A model generated the notes under the pieces. It did not search any database and was not told where the DNA came from. It worked only from the letters and a program-made list of their open reading frames with translations. Of a stretch of 64,000 nt of DNA, positions 59,941 to 64,000 are shown one piece after another. Position numbers and translations under genes: made by a program. Position 1 is the first letter of the stretch. Every line of letters begins with the position of its first letter. Origin of the DNA: Bdellovibrionales bacterium (GTDB lineage Bacteria; Bdellovibrionota; Bdellovibrionia; Bdellovibrionales; UBA1609); the NCBI GenBank assembly GCA_965261545.1, contig CBDHDF010000002.1, positions 197,080-261,079 of the forward strand, in the 5' to 3' direction.

Positions 59941-60669
59941 ATGATTAAACAAACAGAAAATTTATTAGAGATATTAAAAATGAGGGGAGTTTTAGCAACC
60001 TTGAGCCAGAGGCTCAAAGAAGCTGAGGAGCAGGATCTTGGTTACGAGGACTTTCTAAATGTCATCTTTGAGGACGAAAAAATCCATCGTGAAAATCAGA
60101 AGGTCTCAAGACTTATCAAAAGAGCAGCTTTGCAGCAAAAAGCAAGCCTTGAGGCCTTTGAAACCAAATCCAACCGAGGAGTCGATCGAAGAGTTTTGAG
60201 TGATCTAGCCCTTATGAGATTTGCTCAAAGAGGTCAAAATATAATTATCTCTGGCCCAACGGGTGTTGGAAAGTCATATTTGGCTTGTGCCATAGGTAAT
60301 CACGCCTGTCGCCAAGGTTTTTCCACTCAGTTCTTCAGAATGAATACTCTTGTTGAAAAATTCAACTTAGAAAGAGCCCAGGGGACATATCTAAACTTCC
60401 TTAAAAGGCTAAAATCAGTCTCGATACTTGTGTTGGATGATTTTGGTATCAAGCCCCTTACCTCTAACCAATATCAAGACCTTTACGATGTGATTGATGA
60501 ACGAGGCCCTGACCTGAGCCTCATTCTTACAACCCAACTTCCAATAAAAAATTGGAGTGAAGTCATTGAGGATCCCATCGTTTGTGAAGCTATTATGGAT
60601 CGCATAACCTCTCAAGCTATCAAAATAGCCATGTCTGGAAGCTCATTTAGGCAGAGAAAGACGATTTAA
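59941..60669 (+). CDS. istB: IS21 helper ATPase IstB
   Basis: GPTGVGKS and LDDFG motifs. Confidence 0.96.
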   Translation: MIKQTENLLEILKMRGVLATLSQRLKEAEEQDLGYEDFLNVIFEDEKIHRENQKVSRLIKRAALQQKASLEAFETKSNRGVDRRVLSDLALMRFAQRGQNIIISGPTGVGKSYLACAIGNHACRQGFSTQFFRMNTLVEKFNLERAQGTYLNFLKRLKSVSILVLDDFGIKPLTSNQYQDLYDVIDERGPDLSLILTTQLPIKNWSEVIEDPIVCEAIMDRITSQAIKIAMSGSSFRQRKTI

Positions 60670-60678
60670 GGAGAATCC

Positions 60679-61086
60679 ATGCAAAGGCAGACCTTGGAAG
60701 ACACCATCGGGAGACACTCCATCGGAACTATTGAATCATGTACCCGCCAGTTATCCACAAAATTTACCCACGGCAGCGCTGCGTTGATAGACATCGGGGT
60801 CACAGACGCAGCGTCACCATGGATAAATTTGTGGATAACTGGCTCGCTATTCTCTGCCATTTTGAGCAATGGATTCAACATCCCCATTGAAAAACCCTCC
60901 ATTGAAACCTCAGAAATGGGGAGGGTCGAGATTCTCAATGACAAAGTGGCCAATTTTAGTTGGCATCTAACATTCTGGCAAATAAGCCTTAACCCACCGT
61001 TGGGACATCGTGACATTGAGGGTGTAAAAGTTACTGAGTCAGCAGAAAAAAGAAGGTTTAAATTGACAAAGTTTGAGCCACCGTGA
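60679..61086 (+). CDS. IS21 passenger ORF, unknown function (135 aa)
   Basis: AAGGAG RBS overlapping the istB stop; ends just before the right-end repeats. Confidence 0.65.
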   Translation: MQRQTLEDTIGRHSIGTIESCTRQLSTKFTHGSAALIDIGVTDAASPWINLWITGSLFSAILSNGFNIPIEKPSIETSEMGRVEILNDKVANFSWHLTFWQISLNPPLGHRDIEGVKVTESAEKRRFKLTKFEPP

Positions 61087-61150
61087 AATTCAAAATTGGA
61101 CCTCAAATTGACTGACTGAGGGGTGGGTCAAACTTCGTGAAATTCAGCAA

Positions 61151-61372
61151 GATGACTTCCAGGAAATCATTCTGGACCGATACTCAGCGAGAAAAAGCAC
61201 TCTTATTACCTCCAATCGTATCATTGAAGATTGGGGAAAGTGTTTGGGCGATAATACCGTGGCCTCTGCCATCCTGGATCGCCTTCTCCACTGCAGCCAA
61301 CTATTAAAATTTGAGGGAAAAAGCTACCGATTGAAGGAAGCTTCAAACCGACTTGTTAAGATAAAAAATTAA
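61151..61372 (+). pseudogene. istB: 3' fragment of a different istB
   Basis: DDFQEIILDRY..STLITSNRIIEDWG...ASAILDRLLH...FEGKSYRLK. Confidence 0.85.
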
Positions 61373-61454
61373 AGGTAGGGTGAGCCCATCTTGTCAGATC
61401 GCCCTAAATGGATGGTTTTGATCCGCCCCTCGGGATCTATGGAAAGAAAATTTT

Positions 61455-62432
61455 TTACTTTTTTGGGAGAGCCTTGATTTCGTCTTCAGAAAGCCCTGTT
61501 GCTTCGGCTATCTCCAAAGCTTCCTGTCCTTTTAAAATCATCTTTAAAGCAATGGCCTCTCTCTCTTTCCTTCGCCCTTTTTCAAGCCCTTCTTCACGCC
61601 CTCTTTCAAGCCCTTCTTCACGCCCTTTTTCACGCCCTCTTTCAAGCCCTTTTTCAAGCCCCTCTTCATGGGCTGTGTCGATCTGTGACAAACGATCTCG
61701 ACGCTGCTTATCTTCAGCTTCAAGTCGCTCTCGCATAAGTTCGTCTTGAGACAAGTTCCACAAATTTTTGACGGCTCTTCCCATGTCCCTTCCTTTTTTG
61801 GCTAGCTCTTGGCTGGTTTGTTGATTCAGCTCATCCGATCTCTTTAAGAAATAGCACCACGCTTCACGCTGGTCAACAAGGCTGTCTAATCTGCCAATGA
61901 ACTTGTTCAATTCTACAATGACAAATTGCATACCATCGGTGAGTCTCAAATGAGGGTGTCTATCCTGCCTCATGCTGCATGTGTGGTAATAATCGTTGTC
62001 CTTGCGTAGCTCAGGAAGGTCCACAGTACTGAAAACAAGGGAGTAAACAGTTCTTAATTTCTCGTATTTTTCTCCTTCTTTCACTTGATTGGAGTAGACC
62101 CGTCCCGCATAGGCAAGAAGGCGATTTGTAAGGTCTCTTTGGGAGACGGTTTGCATTTCCACGTTCACAGTTTCATCTTCGACCCATTCCCCACTGGATA
62201 ATTGTCGAGAGATACGAAGCTTCATATCCAAGATGAAGGTTTTTCCCGAAGGCTTGCTCGCCTCTGAAGAGTTTTCTTCGGCATCTAACAACTGAACATG
62301 TTCCACCCGACAACCGGGTGGCAAAGGAAGAAAATCTTGCAACAAAGGCTTGAGCAAGTCCTGGTCGTGCTTAAAAAATGCTTTAAAAGTGTTATCAAGG
62401 GTTAAGCAAAGGGGAGGGAGGAATTTTTTCAT
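61455..62432 (-). CDS. Rpn family (PD-(D/E)XK nuclease / putative transposase) protein
   Basis: LDNTFKAFF, ILDMK...VNVEMQ, MQFVIVELNKF, AWCYFL, EEGLEKG repeats, C-terminal ATGLSEDEI HTH-like tail. Confidence 0.9.
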   Translation of the reverse strand: MKKFLPPLCLTLDNTFKAFFKHDQDLLKPLLQDFLPLPPGCRVEHVQLLDAEENSSEASKPSGKTFILDMKLRISRQLSSGEWVEDETVNVEMQTVSQRDLTNRLLAYAGRVYSNQVKEGEKYEKLRTVYSLVFSTVDLPELRKDNDYYHTCSMRQDRHPHLRLTDGMQFVIVELNKFIGRLDSLVDQREAWCYFLKRSDELNQQTSQELAKKGRDMGRAVKNLWNLSQDELMRERLEAEDKQRRDRLSQIDTAHEEGLEKGLERGREKGREEGLERGREEGLEKGRRKEREAIALKMILKGQEALEIAEATGLSEDEIKALPKK

Positions 62433-62711
62433 AAGTAAAAATTATGCATCTTGCTTTGGAGTAAAGTCAATGGCTGTTTTCATTTACAGTTGTAGCCTAC
62501 AACTCTCTCCCCGTACTTTTTAAACGACTTTTCTGATCTCCGGGCATACGATATAGGCCATATGATTTCATTGGTTTTGTCTTTGGCATCTCATTTTCTC
62601 TACGAAGATGAACCGCAGCCCGAGGGGCAGACCCGGAGGGCCGCAGAGAGAACTCTCCTCGGTATATCTCGTGGAGCATCTTGCATACTTTGTTGATTTT
62701 TTTGAAAAAAC

Positions 62712-64000
62712 GTAACTGCTCGCACCCCTTCTACACCAGACTTTTAGCCTAAAGACCATTTTTATACTAAAGTATTGATTCTCAAGCCTCCCCATTTAAT
62801 AATTCTTTCGTGAATACAAGAAAACAATCCTTACGAAGCGAAATTGAAAACCTCCAGAAGGAATCTAAGAAGATTCTTTCTGACAAGAGTATCCCACGAG
62901 AGACTAAACTATTTATTCAGTCCATGCTGACCATTCTCACAGTTGTAGTGACTTTATTTTTGGAAAAAAAGACTCGTAAAAACTCCAGCAATAGTGGGCT
63001 GCCCCCTTCTCAGAACTCTGGTAGCAATGGGAACCGTAATAAGGAAGGGGCTGAGGAAGACAGCAAGAAAGGATCAAGGCTCGATAACAGTAAGGACACA
63101 GAGAGCAAGGAAACAGTGTCTCCTCAAATTGCTCTAAATGTGGGGCCGATTTGAAGGAAACTGAGATGAAAGGCTCCGAAGAGCGTAAAAAAATTGATAT
63201 TCTCTATGAGATAAACACCCACACTGTCACCTCTGAAATCAAAGAGTGCCATGAATGTGGTACAGAAAACAAAGGCCCATTCCCAGAGGGCATAGATGGA
63301 CCGATCCAATATGGTATTGGCATTAGGGCCTCAATTATTAATTTTATTGTCATTCAAATGATGTCTCTCCAGCGTGTTGGTGAACACTACAAGGGTCTCG
63401 TTGGCCGCTTTATCTCACCCTCAACCATGTTGAAGTATATTTCTCAACTGAGCGAATCTCTTCAAGAGTGGGAACAATGGGCAAAACAACAAATCCTTGA
63501 GTCTGTGGTCATTCATGTTGACGAAACCTCCATGAGAGTCAATAAGAAGAACTACTGGATTCATACTTATAGCTGTGGTGATCTTACATTGCAGTTCATC
63601 CATCCTTCCCGTGGAAAAGATGCCATCAAAGATATTGGCATATTGGACAGGTATGGAGGTATCTTGGTACATGACTGTTGGAGTCCCTATTTTTCTTATA
63701 CAGATATGCTTCATGCTCTGTGTGTTGCCCATCTTCTTAGGGAATTGAAATTTGTGGAGGATAGCTCTGGTTCGAAATGGGCCACCAATCTGAAAAAACT
63801 TCTTCAGGAAGCTGTTGAATTGGTCCAAAAAAGAAAATCTAAGATATTGACTCGAAAGGAGTATCAAACTCTTCAGAGGAGGTATAGAAATATTCTCACA
63901 AGGGCTTTAAAGGAGCTTCCTCCCTTTCCAGAGAAGAATGGTAAAAAAGGACGAGTGAAACATACAGATGCTCAAAATCTTTGGCTCCGCTTTAAAAAAT
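62712..64000 (+). mobile_element. IS66-family element, copy 2 (runs off the window); transposase frameshifted at ~63124
   Basis: GTAACTGCTCGCACC left end; lacks one A (tcc-tcaaatt) relative to copy 1; uninterrupted at the IS4-A target. Confidence 0.93.

Larger units (their letters stand above)
58190..61149 (+). mobile_element. IS21-family element, copy 2 (2960 bp), intact
   Basis: TG...CA ends, repeat arrays, AGATG on both flanks (58185-58189 / 61150-61154). Confidence 0.95.

Noticed and set aside
61408-61749. Ser/Pro-rich plus-strand ORFs (SRPLSSPSS...)
   Set aside because: Antisense shadow of the EEGLEKG repeats of the Rpn gene.
24319-64000. Prophage or ICE interpretation of the accessory region
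   Set aside because: No integrase, capsid, terminase, relaxase or T4SS gene was recognised in the window.

Overview
The window has two halves. About 1-24.3 kb is mostly core chromosome: rplT, rpmI, ung, a Gly-rich repeat protein, a small Flp/Tad-type prepilin cluster, murF, citrate synthase, menE, menB, dusB, tRNA-Phe, a Cys/Met PLP lyase and tRNA-Pro. From the 3' end of tRNA-Pro (24318) to the window end lies an accessory region saturated with mobile DNA. By my own boundary calls roughly half the window (about 32 kb) is IS or intron sequence: IS21, three distinct IS4-family elements, IS66, IS256, two IS1634-family elements, an IS3 remnant and an ORF-less group II intron, many nested inside one another. 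Between the elements are defence and secretion remnants: a truncated CdnC-like CD-NTase (CBASS), an AbiE-like pair, a PD-(D/E)XK-like ORF, an orphan RHS tip, an Rpn-family nuclease, pentapeptide-repeat paralogues and hflKC. Main observations: (1) a 625-nt group II intron whose RT gene has collapsed to an 18-codon stub, present as two near-identical copies at unrelated sites plus a third 3' remnant; (2) IS elements carrying passenger genes or domains (a SEC-C membrane protein in an IS4, a 135-aa ORF in IS21, a DUF4338/DruA-like domain fused to an IS4 transposase); (3) IS1634 insertions with 227- and 241-bp target duplications; (4) an IS21 insertion splitting a CpaB/RcpC-like pilus gene that rejoins in frame. 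A Bdellovibrionota-like, possibly host-associated origin is an inference only. No database searches were run. Family calls rest on recognised motifs, and single-base differences between copies could be sequencing errors.
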